Of a stretch of 64,000 nt of DNA, positions 40,821-52,400 are shown piece by piece. Both the position numbers and the translations under genes were made by a program. The number at the start of each line of letters is the position of its first letter. Position 1 is the first letter of the stretch. This DNA comes from Bacteroidales bacterium (GTDB taxonomy: Bacteria; Bacteroidota; Bacteroidia; Bacteroidales; UBA1402): NCBI GenBank assembly GCA_045627385.1, contig JAZQNO010000020.1, positions 11,475-75,474 on the forward strand, read 5' to 3'. Below the pieces are notes generated by a model. It worked only from the letters and a program-made list of their open reading frames with translations. It was not told the DNA's origin and did no database searches.

Positions 40821-40847
40821 GACATTGACTTGTCCGAATGGTTTAAA
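40821..40847 (-). promoter_or_regulatory. Candidate autoregulatory ECF promoter
   Basis: Minus strand TTTAAACC-N15-TGTC, 23 nt before sigma ATG, overlapping the cdsA stop. Confidence 0.7.
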
Positions 40848-41658
40848 AACAGAGCAGATAGAAACAGGCGGCGGCAGGAAGCGCCATCAGACTGCTGTCG
40901 AAACGGTCGAGCAGACCGCCGTGACCGGGCATGATGCGTCCGGAGTCCTTGACGCCGGTCACGCGCTTGAGCGTGGATTCGAACAGGTCGCCCATCACGC
41001 CGAACAGGCCGCAGAGAAGGGCGAAGCCCAACCATTGCCAGAGACTGTCGAAGTGGAAACTGAAGAGGCCGGTGAAATGAAAAAGGGCGGCGGCGACCAG
41101 TGTGAACAGAAGTCCGCCGACTAGACCTTCCACCGTTTTGTGCGGAGAAATCCGTTCGATCAGATGGTGTTTGCCCAGAAAACGACCGGTAAGATAGGCA
41201 AAAGTGTCTGAAATCCAGATGAAAATGAAAACACAAAGGGCCAGTTCCGGATGGTAGCTGTGCTCTTTGCCGAAAACCAGCAGGCAGAGTGACATCATGG
41301 GAATGGCAATGTACAGCTGTCCGAACAGACTGTAGGCCACACTGTCGATGTCCGTGAGCTTGCTCTTGAACACTTCTTCACACAAAATGAGGAGAAAGAC
41401 AAGCAGATAGGGGAGAAACACCTGCGCGGAGACCTGTCCGGCCCCGTAGAGCCAGGCGGCCGTGAACAGGTAGATGCCGCCCAGCAGATTGAGCGGCAGG
41501 TTGATGCGGACGCCTTTTTGACGGAACATCCGGTAGAATTCCCACAGGCAGATGAGCGTGACGGCGGCGAAGACACCGCCGAAGGCCACCGGCCCCAGGA
41601 GGAAACCGCCGATGACGACGGCCAGAAAAACGATACCGCTTATGGTTCGGGTCAGCAT
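40843..41658 (-). CDS. cdsA: Phosphatidate cytidylyltransferase
   Basis: WISDTFAY, ISPHKTVEG, GDLFES.LKR..GVKDSG..MPGHGGLLDRFDS. Confidence 0.96.
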   Translation of the reverse strand: MLTRTISGIVFLAVVIGGFLLGPVAFGGVFAAVTLICLWEFYRMFRQKGVRINLPLNLLGGIYLFTAAWLYGAGQVSAQVFLPYLLVFLLILCEEVFKSKLTDIDSVAYSLFGQLYIAIPMMSLCLLVFGKEHSYHPELALCVFIFIWISDTFAYLTGRFLGKHHLIERISPHKTVEGLVGGLLFTLVAAALFHFTGLFSFHFDSLWQWLGFALLCGLFGVMGDLFESTLKRVTGVKDSGRIMPGHGGLLDRFDSSLMALPAAACFYLLCF

Positions 41659-43724
41659 GATTCTTGATTGTCGGGTTCTGACTGTACTTCTTCGGATTGA
41701 GGCTCAGACGGACCTTCGGTTTGAGGTTCGGTGGCCGGCTGCGTTTCCTCCTCCTCCTCCTTCAGCGCTTTGTTCTCTTCGAACAGCTCTTCGGTGCGGG
41801 ATGACCAGGGACGCTTGCCGAAAATCTGTTCCAGATCGTCGGCGAAGATGACTTCGCGCTCGACCAGAAGGTCAGCCAGGCGGTGATGTCCTTCGGCGTT
41901 CTCGGTGAGTATCCGTTTGGCACGTTCGTACTGCTCGTCGATGAGCTGTTTCACTTCCCGGTCGATCAGTTCGGCCGTCTTCTCGCTGAAGGGTTTCTGG
42001 AAGGAATAGTCGCTGGCGCCGGTCGAATCGAAGTAGGAGACGTTGCGCAATTGATCGCTCATGCCGTAATAGGCGACAATGGCATACACTTGCTTGGAAA
42101 CGCGTTCCAGATCGTTGAGCGCTCCGGTGGACACTTTACCCAAGAACAGTTCTTCGGCGGCGCGTCCGCCCAAAGTGGAGCATATTTCGTCGAGCATCTG
42201 CTCTTTGGTGGTCAGCTGACGTTCTTCGGGCAGATACCAGGCGGCACCTAAAGCCTTTCCACGGGGCACGATGGTGACTTTGATGAGCGGATGGGCGAAT
42301 TCGAGCAGCCAGCTGAGGGTGGCGTGACCGGATTCGTGTATGGCGATGGCCCGCCTTTCCTCGGCGGTCATGATTTTGTTCTTCTTTTCCAATCCGCCGA
42401 CGATGCGGTCAACGGCATCCAGAAAATCCTGCTTCTCGATGGTCTTCTTGTTTTTGCGGGCGGCAATCAGGGCTGCCTCGTTGCAGACATTGGCGATGTC
42501 GGCACCGGAAAAACCGGGAGTCTGCTTGGCCAGAAAGTCCGATTGGATGCCGGGATCCAACTTCAGCGGCCGCAGATGCACTTCGAAGATTTCCTTGCGT
42601 TCGTTGATGTCGGGCAGGTCCACACTGATCTGGCGGTCGAAGCGGCCGGCACGGAGCAGGGCCTTGTCGAGAATGTCGGCCCGGTTGGTGGCGGCCAGAA
42701 TGATGATGCCGCTGTTGGTGCCGAAACCGTCCATTTCGGTCAGAAGCTGGTTCAGCGTATTTTCGCGTTCGTCATTGGAACCCATGTTCGGGTTGCGGCC
42801 TCGGGCACGGCCCACAGCGTCGATTTCGTCGATGAAGATGCTGCAAGGAGCCTTTTCCTTGGCCTGACGGAACAGGTCTCTCACGCGGGATGCGCCGACA
42901 CCGACAAACATTTCCACGAAATCCGAACCCGACAGAGAGAAGAAGGGGACGTCCGCTTCACCGGCCACTGCCTTGGCCAACAATGTCTTACCGGTTCCCG
43001 GAGGGCCGACCAGAAGGGCTCCCTTGGGTATTTTGCCGCCCAGTTCCGTGTATTTGGCCGGATTTTTCAGGAATGCGACGATTTCCTCCACTTCCTGCTT
43101 GGCTTCGGCCAGACCGGCCACATCCTTGAAGGTGACCTTGTCGGCGCCGGTCTTGTCGAACAGACGGGCCTGCGACTTGCCGACGTTGAACACGCCGCCG
43201 TTGGGTCCGCCACCTCCGTTGGGACCTCCCATCATCCGTCTCATCAGGAAGACATAGAGCAGAATCAGCAGAATGAAGGGTCCTACATTGACCAGCAGGC
43301 TGACCAGCACGTTGGAGCCTTCCTTGAAGATGACTTCCACTTCGGCGCCATTTTCAGTTCTTGCCTTGTCTATCAAAGCGTTGAACTGCTCGGCAGATGC
43401 GATACGGATGAGCAGGCGGGGAGGGTTCTTCTCGTTGACGTTTTCGCCGAAGACCTCTTTAAGAGCCTCTTTGCGAACGGTGAGTTCCACTTGCTTGCGG
43501 TTGGAGATGCAGACGGCCCTCTCTATCTGGCCGGCACGGACGTAAGTCTCCATTTTCGACCAGGAGATTTCCTGCGTGCCGCCGCCTTTGCCGTTTCCGA
43601 AGAAATTGATGCCGAACAGGCCGAACAGGATAATCAGATAGATCCAGTAGATGCTGAAGCCCTTCTTCGGGCGCTTTCCTTGGGGAGAGTGACCGCTCCC
43701 GCCGGGTATGTTACGTTTGTCCAT
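41652..43724 (-). CDS. ftsH: ATP-dependent zinc metalloprotease FtsH
   Basis: Two TMs, [25 protein letters not shown]; start at MDKRN (43724). Confidence 0.98.
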   Translation of the reverse strand: MDKRNIPGGSGHSPQGKRPKKGFSIYWIYLIILFGLFGINFFGNGKGGGTQEISWSKMETYVRAGQIERAVCISNRKQVELTVRKEALKEVFGENVNEKNPPRLLIRIASAEQFNALIDKARTENGAEVEVIFKEGSNVLVSLLVNVGPFILLILLYVFLMRRMMGGPNGGGGPNGGVFNVGKSQARLFDKTGADKVTFKDVAGLAEAKQEVEEIVAFLKNPAKYTELGGKIPKGALLVGPPGTGKTLLAKAVAGEADVPFFSLSGSDFVEMFVGVGASRVRDLFRQAKEKAPCSIFIDEIDAVGRARGRNPNMGSNDERENTLNQLLTEMDGFGTNSGIIILAATNRADILDKALLRAGRFDRQISVDLPDINERKEIFEVHLRPLKLDPGIQSDFLAKQTPGFSGADIANVCNEAALIAARKNKKTIEKQDFLDAVDRIVGGLEKKNKIMTAEERRAIAIHESGHATLSWLLEFAHPLIKVTIVPRGKALGAAWYLPEERQLTTKEQMLDEICSTLGGRAAEELFLGKVSTGALNDLERVSKQVYAIVAYYGMSDQLRNVSYFDSTGASDYSFQKPFSEKTAELIDREVKQLIDEQYERAKRILTENAEGHHRLADLLVEREVIFADDLEQIFGKRPWSSRTEELFEENKALKEEEEETQPATEPQTEGPSEPQSEEVQSEPDNQESC

Positions 43725-43726
43725 AA

Positions 43727-44086
43727 TCAGTCGAGGTTGGGAATGTCGGTCAGAGAAGCGTCGGACCAAAGGTGTTCAAGGTCGTAGAACTGACGGGTGT
43801 TTTTCTCAAAGATGTGCACCATCACGTCGCCGTAGTCCATGGCCACCCAAAGCGCATGGCCTTGTCCTTCCATGGAAAACGGCTTCTGGTGCAGCTGTTT
43901 GCGTACGGTTTCGCATATCGAGTCTGCGATGGCCATGATTTGGATGTTGGTGTTGCCTTCGCATATGACGAAATAATCGCAGACATGCGTTTCGAGAGCG
44001 CTCATGTCGACGATGGAGATATTCTTGCCTTTCTTTTCCTGGACGGCATCGATGATGACATTCAGCAGTTTTTCGTTTTCAGTCAT
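43727..44086 (-). CDS. rsfS: Ribosome silencing factor
   Basis: EKKGKNI, DYFVIC, WVAMDYGDVMVHIF, FYDLEHLW; -7 element TATCTTTG at 44113-44120 (minus). Confidence 0.95.
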   Translation of the reverse strand: MTENEKLLNVIIDAVQEKKGKNISIVDMSALETHVCDYFVICEGNTNIQIMAIADSICETVRKQLHQKPFSMEGQGHALWVAMDYGDVMVHIFEKNTRQFYDLEHLWSDASLTDIPNLD

Positions 44087-44211
44087 AAATGTTGGTAGGA
44101 TATGTTATCCGACAAAGATACAATGGAAATACGTAACATAGGTATCTCCCGACTGAATTTTAAGATTTTTTTGGGTGGAGCGGGGCGGCCGACAGAAGTC
44201 GGGCCCGTGCC

Positions 44212-46287
44212 TTATGCCTTGATGATGCGTTCTCCCAGATGGCGTGCGAATTCCTTTTCGATTTCGCGCTGCTGCTGGTACACCTTCATCCATCGGGTGA
44301 CCGCTTCGTCGTCTTTGGTCCGTGACGCTTCCTTGATTTTGGTCAAAGTCTCTTCGATGGACTTTTTCAGAAGCTGGAACTTGTATTCGTCCATCAGGCG
44401 GGGCACCAAGAGGTCCAGCATTTCGTCTTCTCTTTCTATCTTCTTGTGAAATACGGCGTTGCGGTTTTCGGATTCGTCGGGCAGGTAGATGCGGCTGAGC
44501 TCGTATCGCTCCGTCACCAGATCGGCGGCCAGCAGGCTCACCTGGCTGTCGCGATGCTGAAGGAAGAAACGCTCGGCCACGAATCCCTCGTCGAGACGGT
44601 GCTGCCAGGCTTCTTCAAGAAGGTTTCTGAAAATGGGTGTGCTGAGCGTAATTTGGTCTCTTTCAAAGTCTTCACGGATGAATTCGAGGACAGAAACACT
44701 GCTGCCGTCTTCGTTTTCACAAATGGGCCTTTCTCCGTATCGGACCAGCATCCTCATCAGATTCTTTTCGTAAGCCTCCAGCGGATTGACGCGCGACGCC
44801 TGCTGTCGGGCCCTGTCGGAGGACCGGACTTCGGGTCGGCTGTTCTCGGGCAGTACGGAAGCGCCTGCATCCGACGTGGAAGAGTGGGAGAGACCTCCCG
44901 TTGCGCCGGATGTGACCGCTTGGGAGACTTGACCCTGCTGCTGACGGTATTCCAGTTCGCGTTTCTGCCGGTTGCGGTCGATGAGCCGACTGCGCTGCAG
45001 GTTGACCTGCTTGAGCAGCAGATCTTCTCGCGTCTCCAACAGACGGCTGCACTGACGGATGTATTCGGATCGGATTATTTCGTTGGGAATCAGAGAAATG
45101 CTTTCAACCAGATCTTGTATCAGGTTGGCTCTTCCGATGGGGTCGTCGCTGCAGTCTTTCAGCAGGATATCCGTCTTGAAGCGGATGAAATCCGTTTCGT
45201 GCGTGCGGATGTATTCCATGGTCTCGGAAGTGCTGTGTGACTGTGCGTAGGAGTCGGGGTCTTCTCCGTCGGGCAGGAGAACCACCTTGATGTTGAGACC
45301 TTCCTCCAGCAGAAGGTTGATGCCCCGCAGCGAGGCCTTGATGCCGGCCGCATCGCCGTCGTAGAGCACCGTGACGTTGTCGGTGAAACGATGGATGAGC
45401 CGTATCTGCCCGTGTGTCAGTGCGGTGCCGGAGGAGGCGACTACGTTGCAGATGCCGGCCTGATGCATGGAGATCACGTCCAGATAGCCTTCCACCAGAT
45501 AGCAGCGGTTCTGTCTGACAATCTCCTGTTTGGCGAAGTATATGCCGTACAGTTCCGAACTCTTGTGGTAGATTTCGGATTCGGGCGAATTGATGTATTT
45601 GCCCACATTCTCCTTCTTCTTGAGAATGCGTCCGCCGAAGGCCACCACTTTGCCGCTGACGGTGTGGACGGGGAAGATGACACGACCGCGGTAGCGGTCG
45701 AAAAGCGCTTCGTTATCGGCGGCGACGGAAAGCCCGGTCTTTACCAACAGATCTTTTTTGTAACCCTTTGACAATGCGAGTTTTGAGAAATCATCCCGAC
45801 GTTCTGCGCAGTACCCTAATTGGAATTTTTTTATAGTCTCTTCGCGTAGTCCTCTCTGTTGGAAGTAGGCCAGTCCGACAGCCCGTCCGTCGGTGCTGTT
45901 GAAAAGTACATTCGTAAAGTAGTCGCGCGCGTATTCGTTGACCACGAACATGCTTTCGCGTTCGTTGTTCAGCTGCTCCTCTTCGGGGGTCAGCTCCCGT
46001 TCGACCACTTCGATGCCGTATTTGCGGGCCAGCCACTTGAGCGCGTCGTAATAGCTGAGCTGCTCGTGCTCCATGATGAAATGGACCACATTGCCGCCTT
46101 TGCCGCAACTGAAACATTTGCATATCCCTTTGGAAGGGGATACGTAAAACGATGGGGTCTTGTCGTCGTGGAAAGGGCAGAGGCCGACATAGTTGACACC
46201 CCGCTTTCGCAGGCTGACGAATTCGCCGACCACCTCTTCGATTCTGGCGGCGCCCAAGATGCGGTTTACGGTGTTCTGATCAATCAT
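44212..46287 (-). CDS. dnaG: DNA primase
   Basis: CHC2 zinc finger CPFHDDKTPSF...CFSC, KYINSPE, VEGYLDVI, YDGDAAG, DPD; start MIDQN. Confidence 0.97.
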   Translation of the reverse strand: MIDQNTVNRILGAARIEEVVGEFVSLRKRGVNYVGLCPFHDDKTPSFYVSPSKGICKCFSCGKGGNVVHFIMEHEQLSYYDALKWLARKYGIEVVERELTPEEEQLNNERESMFVVNEYARDYFTNVLFNSTDGRAVGLAYFQQRGLREETIKKFQLGYCAERRDDFSKLALSKGYKKDLLVKTGLSVAADNEALFDRYRGRVIFPVHTVSGKVVAFGGRILKKKENVGKYINSPESEIYHKSSELYGIYFAKQEIVRQNRCYLVEGYLDVISMHQAGICNVVASSGTALTHGQIRLIHRFTDNVTVLYDGDAAGIKASLRGINLLLEEGLNIKVVLLPDGEDPDSYAQSHSTSETMEYIRTHETDFIRFKTDILLKDCSDDPIGRANLIQDLVESISLIPNEIIRSEYIRQCSRLLETREDLLLKQVNLQRSRLIDRNRQKRELEYRQQQGQVSQAVTSGATGGLSHSSTSDAGASVLPENSRPEVRSSDRARQQASRVNPLEAYEKNLMRMLVRYGERPICENEDGSSVSVLEFIREDFERDQITLSTPIFRNLLEEAWQHRLDEGFVAERFFLQHRDSQVSLLAADLVTERYELSRIYLPDESENRNAVFHKKIEREDEMLDLLVPRLMDEYKFQLLKKSIEETLTKIKEASRTKDDEAVTRWMKVYQQQREIEKEFARHLGERIIKA

Positions 46288-46388
46288 TTTTGACGCTTTT
46301 AAGCCTCTTTGGAGGAATATGGACAAAAATTCACCCACTTTCAGTAAAATTTGCCAAAAGCCCTCTGCAATGGTGACGCTTTTATTGG

Positions 46389-46408
46389 TATATTTGCCCG
46401 CAAAATTA
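46389..46408. promoter_or_regulatory. Divergent sigma70 -7 elements: TATATTTG (plus, 46389-46396, fasciclin-Sus locus) and TAATTTTG (minus, 46401-46408, dnaG)
   Basis: TAnnTTTG matches in an AT-rich divergent gap. Confidence 0.6.
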
Positions 46409-46441
46409 ATACATCCGAAGGGAATTTCAAAAGTAACAATC

Positions 46442-49400
46442 ATGCATAAGTTCAGACAACTTCGAAAGACTGCTCTGGCATTGCTGGCCATCACGACGGT
46501 TCTGGTCTCTTGCAAGGACCCGTATTACTACGACGACCGTGAACCGGAATGGCTGGGAGCCAGCATCTATGATTACCTGGAGAAGAAGGGCGATTTCAAG
46601 TATTTCTTGAGAATCGTTGACACGACGGGCTATGCCGAGACGCTCAAGCGCACCGGCAGCAAGACGGTTTTCGTCTGCCCCGACTCCTGCTTCGAGTATT
46701 ATTTCAAACACAATGAAGACGGCATCACCTGCTTCGAAGATTTCACCCTTTCCGATTTGAAGGGCATCAAGGAGTACGCCATCGTCAACGATGCAAACCT
46801 CATAGAACTGCTTTCGTATGACGTGGGCTATGTGGAGGGCGAAGTGATGCGTCGTCCGACCGCATTGGATCCTCTTGACAAACTGGTTAAGGAATCTCCC
46901 TCGCAGCTGCCTGATTTCAACCCTTATTATGCGCGTTTCCTGAACAGCGGCATCTGGGTGCTCAACGACAACACCAGTCCGCGTCTGGTCCAGTTCTTCG
47001 AATCGCAGATGAAGATGAAGAACATCACCAATGAGGATTTCAGCATTCTTTTCAACGGTCAGACCCGTGAAGACGGAGATGCTCACCTCTTTGACCGGAA
47101 GGTCGTCGAAAGGGACATCACCTGCAAAAACGGCTATATTCACGTGCTCGACGGTCTGCTCCGTCCGCAACCCAACATGGCCGAGTTTATCCGGGACAAT
47201 GGAAAACTGACTGTGTTCAACCGCTTGTTGGACCGCTACAACGCGCCTTACCCAAACGTGTCTGTTACCGAGCAGTACCGCACTTTGGCTGGCAACGAGT
47301 CATTCGCCGACACGATTTACGTTCGCCGTTATTTCTCCAAACGGAGTGCCGGCGAAATAGCCAATTCCACCGATCCTCAGGGCGAACCGGTTCTGGATGC
47401 GGAACTCCTGCTGCTGGATCCCAACTGGAATGCCTATGCCTACACCAACAGCGGCAAGTCCGACATGGCCGTCATGTTCGTACCCAGCGACTCGGCCATG
47501 AACGCCTATTTCTCGCCTTCCGGAACCGGATCTTACCTACATGAGCGCTATCAGTACTGGGACAGCGTGCCCAACGACATCGCCGCTCTCTTCCTGAACG
47601 CCCACATGAAGTACTCGTTCCTGGCTTCGCTTCCAAGCAAGATGACCGAGGCCACCAACGGTCTGAACGGCATCAAGAACGAGGCCGGCGACTACATGTA
47701 CATCAGCAAGAACGATATCGAAAGCGCCAAAGTGACCACCAACGGCGTGGTTTATGTGACCAAGAAGGTGTATCCTCCCATCGAATATGCCTCTGTGATG
47801 GCCCCTATTCTGGTCAGCGAAAACACCAAGGTGTTCAACTACGCTCTGAAGAACCTCACCTTCGACATCTATCTGAAGTCGATGGAAACGGTCTACAGTC
47901 AGGGCTACGTTCCGCCATACACATTTATCGTCCCCACCGACGAGTATCTCAACCATTATGTGTACATTCCTTCGTTGCCGCGCGCCAATGCCAACAAGGA
48001 GATGATTTCGATTTATTATGACGATGCCGTCAGCAAGATTGCCTGCGATCGCTTCTCCTACGATGTCAATACCGGTGTGCTCGGTGCCAACAAAGGTTAT
48101 GAAGAACGTTTTACACAGACAGACATCACCCATGCTCTTTTGAACGAGATGATGGACTACCACATCATTGTCGGCGAAATCACTCCTGAGCAGAAATATT
48201 ATATTACAAAAGGTAAGTGCTTCGTCCGTATCGACATGAAGGACGAGAACAACATTGACTTCCTCGGCGGTGGCAATATCGAACAGAACGAAATGTGGTC
48301 CTCTTCGGGCGACAAGTTCGACGGTGACTACACGGCACGTCTTAACCGGAAACTTACTTTCAGCAACGGAAAGACCTATTTCGTGGACCATCCCCTCCAG
48401 CATTCCAGCCGTTCCATCCTGACGACTTTGAAACTCTACAGCGACCTGTCTGAGTTCGCCGACTGCCTGAACGACGCCGGTCTGACGGTTTCTGTCAAGA
48501 ACGGCTACAGTGTGCTTGGCGACGGAAATATCTCTTTCCTGTCCGATTATCATTATTCGGTCTATGCGCCCAGCAATGCGGCCATGGCTCGGGCCTATGC
48601 CGCCGGCCTTCCTTCGGGTGACCAGATTGAAGCTGAAACCGATACCGACATCAAGGCAGCAAAGAAAGAAAAGCTGGCCAACTTCATCCGCTATCATTTC
48701 CAGGACAACTCGGTCTTTATCGAAGGCGAAAAAATTGACAATGTCCGTTATGAGTCGTCCGACAAGAACGATGTTACCGGAAAGTTCTTTTCGATTCAGG
48801 TCACTCAGGACGGACAGAAGATTTCGCTGGTTCCCGCGGTGTCCGACGTCAACGGTACCGAAGCCTATTTCCGCAGTCCGATTGTGATTGACAAGACTGC
48901 CAGTGAAACGGCCGGAACTCCTTATAATGTCATGACCCGCGACTACTTCTTCAAGGGCACCGACAACAAGAACGTCAACGCCAGCCTCAACAACTATTCG
49001 GCCCGCGCTGTCGTCCACGAAATCGACGATTATCTCTATGTGGTGAAAGCGCCTGTCGTTTCGCGTATCTCCACCGACTTCGAAACCACCACCTCCTCTG
49101 CTGTCGGTTTGATTGTCACCATCTCCGACAACGGTGACGGCGTGGCTTACGACAATCACGTCATCACCGACCGCGGTGTCATCTGGGGTTGGACTCCCGA
49201 CCTGAACGTCAACAACTGCGAAGGCAAGGTCTCCTTCACTTCGACCAAGGACGTCGGCGAAATCAAGGGCAAACTCACTTATCCTGCAGCCGATGTCTGC
49301 GCAAGTCATGGAAATGTCATTTATGTACGAGCCTATGCCGAAAGCAAATGGTGCACCGATATGAGGACATATCTGGTCGAACGCGCTCATGGCGAGGGTG

Positions 49401-49471
49401 ATGACCATTTGGTAACCTATGGTTCCACAGTCTTGGGCATCAATACGCTAACCGGTAAAAAAGCTGAATGA
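46442..49471 (+). CDS. Lipoprotein with four fasciclin (FAS1) domains and a C-terminal FN3-like domain
   Basis: Lipobox LVSC; H1/H2 pairs TVFVCPD/NGYIHVLD, VMFVPSD/NGVVYVT, TFIVPTD/NGKTYFVD, SVYAPSN/VVHEID; C-terminal DRGVIW...YVRAYAE. Confidence 0.82.
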   Translation: MHKFRQLRKTALALLAITTVLVSCKDPYYYDDREPEWLGASIYDYLEKKGDFKYFLRIVDTTGYAETLKRTGSKTVFVCPDSCFEYYFKHNEDGITCFEDFTLSDLKGIKEYAIVNDANLIELLSYDVGYVEGEVMRRPTALDPLDKLVKESPSQLPDFNPYYARFLNSGIWVLNDNTSPRLVQFFESQMKMKNITNEDFSILFNGQTREDGDAHLFDRKVVERDITCKNGYIHVLDGLLRPQPNMAEFIRDNGKLTVFNRLLDRYNAPYPNVSVTEQYRTLAGNESFADTIYVRRYFSKRSAGEIANSTDPQGEPVLDAELLLLDPNWNAYAYTNSGKSDMAVMFVPSDSAMNAYFSPSGTGSYLHERYQYWDSVPNDIAALFLNAHMKYSFLASLPSKMTEATNGLNGIKNEAGDYMYISKNDIESAKVTTNGVVYVTKKVYPPIEYASVMAPILVSENTKVFNYALKNLTFDIYLKSMETVYSQGYVPPYTFIVPTDEYLNHYVYIPSLPRANANKEMISIYYDDAVSKIACDRFSYDVNTGVLGANKGYEERFTQTDITHALLNEMMDYHIIVGEITPEQKYYITKGKCFVRIDMKDENNIDFLGGGNIEQNEMWSSSGDKFDGDYTARLNRKLTFSNGKTYFVDHPLQHSSRSILTTLKLYSDLSEFADCLNDAGLTVSVKNGYSVLGDGNISFLSDYHYSVYAPSNAAMARAYAAGLPSGDQIEAETDTDIKAAKKEKLANFIRYHFQDNSVFIEGEKIDNVRYESSDKNDVTGKFFSIQVTQDGQKISLVPAVSDVNGTEAYFRSPIVIDKTASETAGTPYNVMTRDYFFKGTDNKNVNASLNNYSARAVVHEIDDYLYVVKAPVVSRISTDFETTTSSAVGLIVTISDNGDGVAYDNHVITDRGVIWGWTPDLNVNNCEGKVSFTSTKDVGEIKGKLTYPAADVCASHGNVIYVRAYAESKWCTDMRTYLVERAHGEGDDHLVTYGSTVLGINTLTGKKAE

Positions 49472-52400
49472 TTATGAAGAATATTCTTAAATATGGCAGC
49501 ACACTGCTGCTGGCATTCCTTTTGAGTGCCCCGTCTTTCGCCCAGACGGTCGTCCGTGGTAAAGTTACGGCAGCTGTCGACGGTGAGAGTCTGATTTCGG
49601 TTACCGTCATGGAGGTCGATGCGAACAACCGTGTCGTCGGCGTCACCATCACCAACTACGACGGTGAATACGCCATTCAGGTGAACAATACCGAAAATAT
49701 GCTGCGGTTCAAATATCTGGGCTTCGAAACCAAGGATGTGGCCATCGGCAGCAAAAAGGTCCTCAACGTGGTGATGGAGGAACAGTCCCACACGCTTCAG
49801 GATGCCGTGGTCACCGCCAAGGCCACACAGTCGGACGGACGTTTCGTCATTCCGGAGCGTGAGGTCTCCATGGCTATGCAGAAGATCAGTGCGGAAGAGT
49901 TCGACGGCATCCAAGTGGCATCTATCGACGATGCCCTACAGGGCCGAATCGCCGGTTTGGACATTGTGAACGTTTCGGGTGAGCCCGGTGCCGGTATGTC
50001 GATGCGTATCCGCGGCACCACCACGCTGGGCGCCGATGCCGACGGCAACCGTCTGACTTCGGCCGAGCCTCTGATTGTCATCAACGACATCATCTACGAT
50101 ACGGAGATTGACGAAGGTTTCGATTTCGCCACTGCCAACCAGGACCAGTATGCACAGTTGATCAACGTCAACCCCGACGATATCGAATCGATCACCGTCC
50201 TGAAGGATGCCGCTTCTACGGCCATCTGGGGTTCGAAAGGTGCCAACGGTGTGTTGATGATCACCACCAAGAAGGGTACACCCGGTCCGACTCGAGTCAA
50301 CTATTCCTACTCGTTGACCCGTGCCCGTCAGCCGAAGGGTCTGCATATGCTCAACGGTGACAACTACACCATGCTGATGAAGCAGGCCTATTACAACCCT
50401 CAGTTGGAAAATGCTTCTTCCAATATTCCTGAACTCAACTACGACGATACCTTCACTGAGTACGAAAACTACAACAACAATACGGACTGGCGCAAGGAAA
50501 TCAGCCAGATAGGTTATACCCATGACCACAACGTCACCATTTCTGGTGGCGGTGACAAGGTGACTTTCCGCGTATCGGCCGCTTACTACACGCAGACCGG
50601 TACCGTCATCGGACAGCGCTTGGACCGTCTGAGTCTCCGTTCGAACATCAATTATCAGGTATCCGACCGTATCCGCTTCAGTTCGGATTTCTCCTACACC
50701 TTCTCCGACAACGACAAGAACTACGAGGATCTGTTGAACAACGCCTATAACAAGATGCCTAACCTGAGTGTCTACGCTCAGGATTGGGATGGCAACGATA
50801 CGGACGTCTACTATCACATCCGTTCGGATTCGCAGTTGAACGATGCTCAGAAGAATATGAGCAACCCGGTGGCTGTGGGTTATCTGGCCACCAACAACAA
50901 CAAAAGCTACCGCACTTCGCCCAACTTCAACCTCGACTACGAACTTCTCGACCGCAGCCGTACCGAAGGCTCGCTGAAAGCCTCTGTGAACGTGTCGTTC
51001 GACCTGAACAGTTCTCAGGTCACTTCTTACTTCCCGAAGGAAGCGGCCAACAAGATTTGGTCTGACCAGTCGGTCAACGTCTCCGAACGTGGCGAGAGCG
51101 AAAGCATGAGTCTGAACGGACGTGCCCAGCTGACTTGGCGTCCCGTCTTCAACAACCGAGACCACTCGTTGCAAGTGCTCGGACGTTTCAACATCGGAAC
51201 CAGCAACAACGGCTCTCTGTCGTCGTCCATCTACGGCCTGCCTTCTTCTAAACTGAAATCATCGACCTTGGACGCCGCCACGAAATCGATGTCGAACAAC
51301 TACAGCGATTCTCGCTCGCTGCAGGGCGCCGGTTCGTTCCACTATGCCTACAAGGGCCGCTATGTGTTCGACACGACGCTGTCGGTGAACGGAAGTTCGA
51401 AATTCGGTAAGAGCAAACGTTTCGGTACCTTCCCCGGCTTCTCCCTGAAGTGGATTGTCAGCGACGAGCCTTTCTTCGATTTTGTCCGCGATTACATCTC
51501 CGATATGGGTATCCGCTACAGTTTCGGCATCAACGGTAACGAGCCTGGCGGAGGTACGCTGCAGTACAGCCGTTACGGAAAGTTTGCCGAAGGCTACATC
51601 GACATGACAGCCATGTACCCGATCAACATGCGTCTGAACAATCTGCAGTGGGAAAAGACCACACAGCATAACATCGGTGCAGACTTCGATCTGGTAGACG
51701 GTAAGTTTGGCATCGACTACAACTACTATTTCAAGCACACGACCAACATGCTGTTCAGCGGTCTGGGCGTGTCTTCGTCGAGCGGTTTCAAGACGCTGGA
51801 TTACTCGAATGTGGGTGTGATGAACAACCAGGGTTGGGAGTTCAACGGCCACATCCGCGACCTTGTCCGGGTGAACCGTTTCAGCATGGACCTCAACTTC
51901 AACTTTTCGAACAACCGCAACACCATCATCGAACTGACCGACGAGGTGCTGACCCGCTACAACAAGGACTACGATTTCAAGAACGGTTCGTATCTGTCGC
52001 GTGTCCAGATCGGCAACTCAGTAGGCTCCATCTACGGCTTCGAATATTTGGGTGTCTACGAGAACGGCAAGTATGATCCGGCCAATCCTTCGGCCACCTG
52101 TCCGATTGCCCGCGACAAGGACGGCAATGCCATTCTCGATGCCAACGGCAACACCAAACCGATGATGTTCGCTTACGGAAACACGGCCGCTTACGAATTC
52201 AAGGCCGGTGACGCCATGTACCGCGACATCAACCACGACGGTTCCATCGACGAATTGGACATCGTTTATCTGGGCAACTCTCAGGCAAAGGTGAACGGTG
52301 GTTTCGGTACGAATTTCCGCTGGGGACAGATTTCGATGTCGGCCTTCTTCAACTTCCGTGCTGGTAACAAGGTGGTCAATTCGGCCCGTATGAATGCCGA

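Noticed and set aside
44178-44211. GC-rich imperfect hairpin after dnaG as terminator
   Set aside because: The T-run is on the wrong side for the minus strand and the stem is bulged; left uncalled
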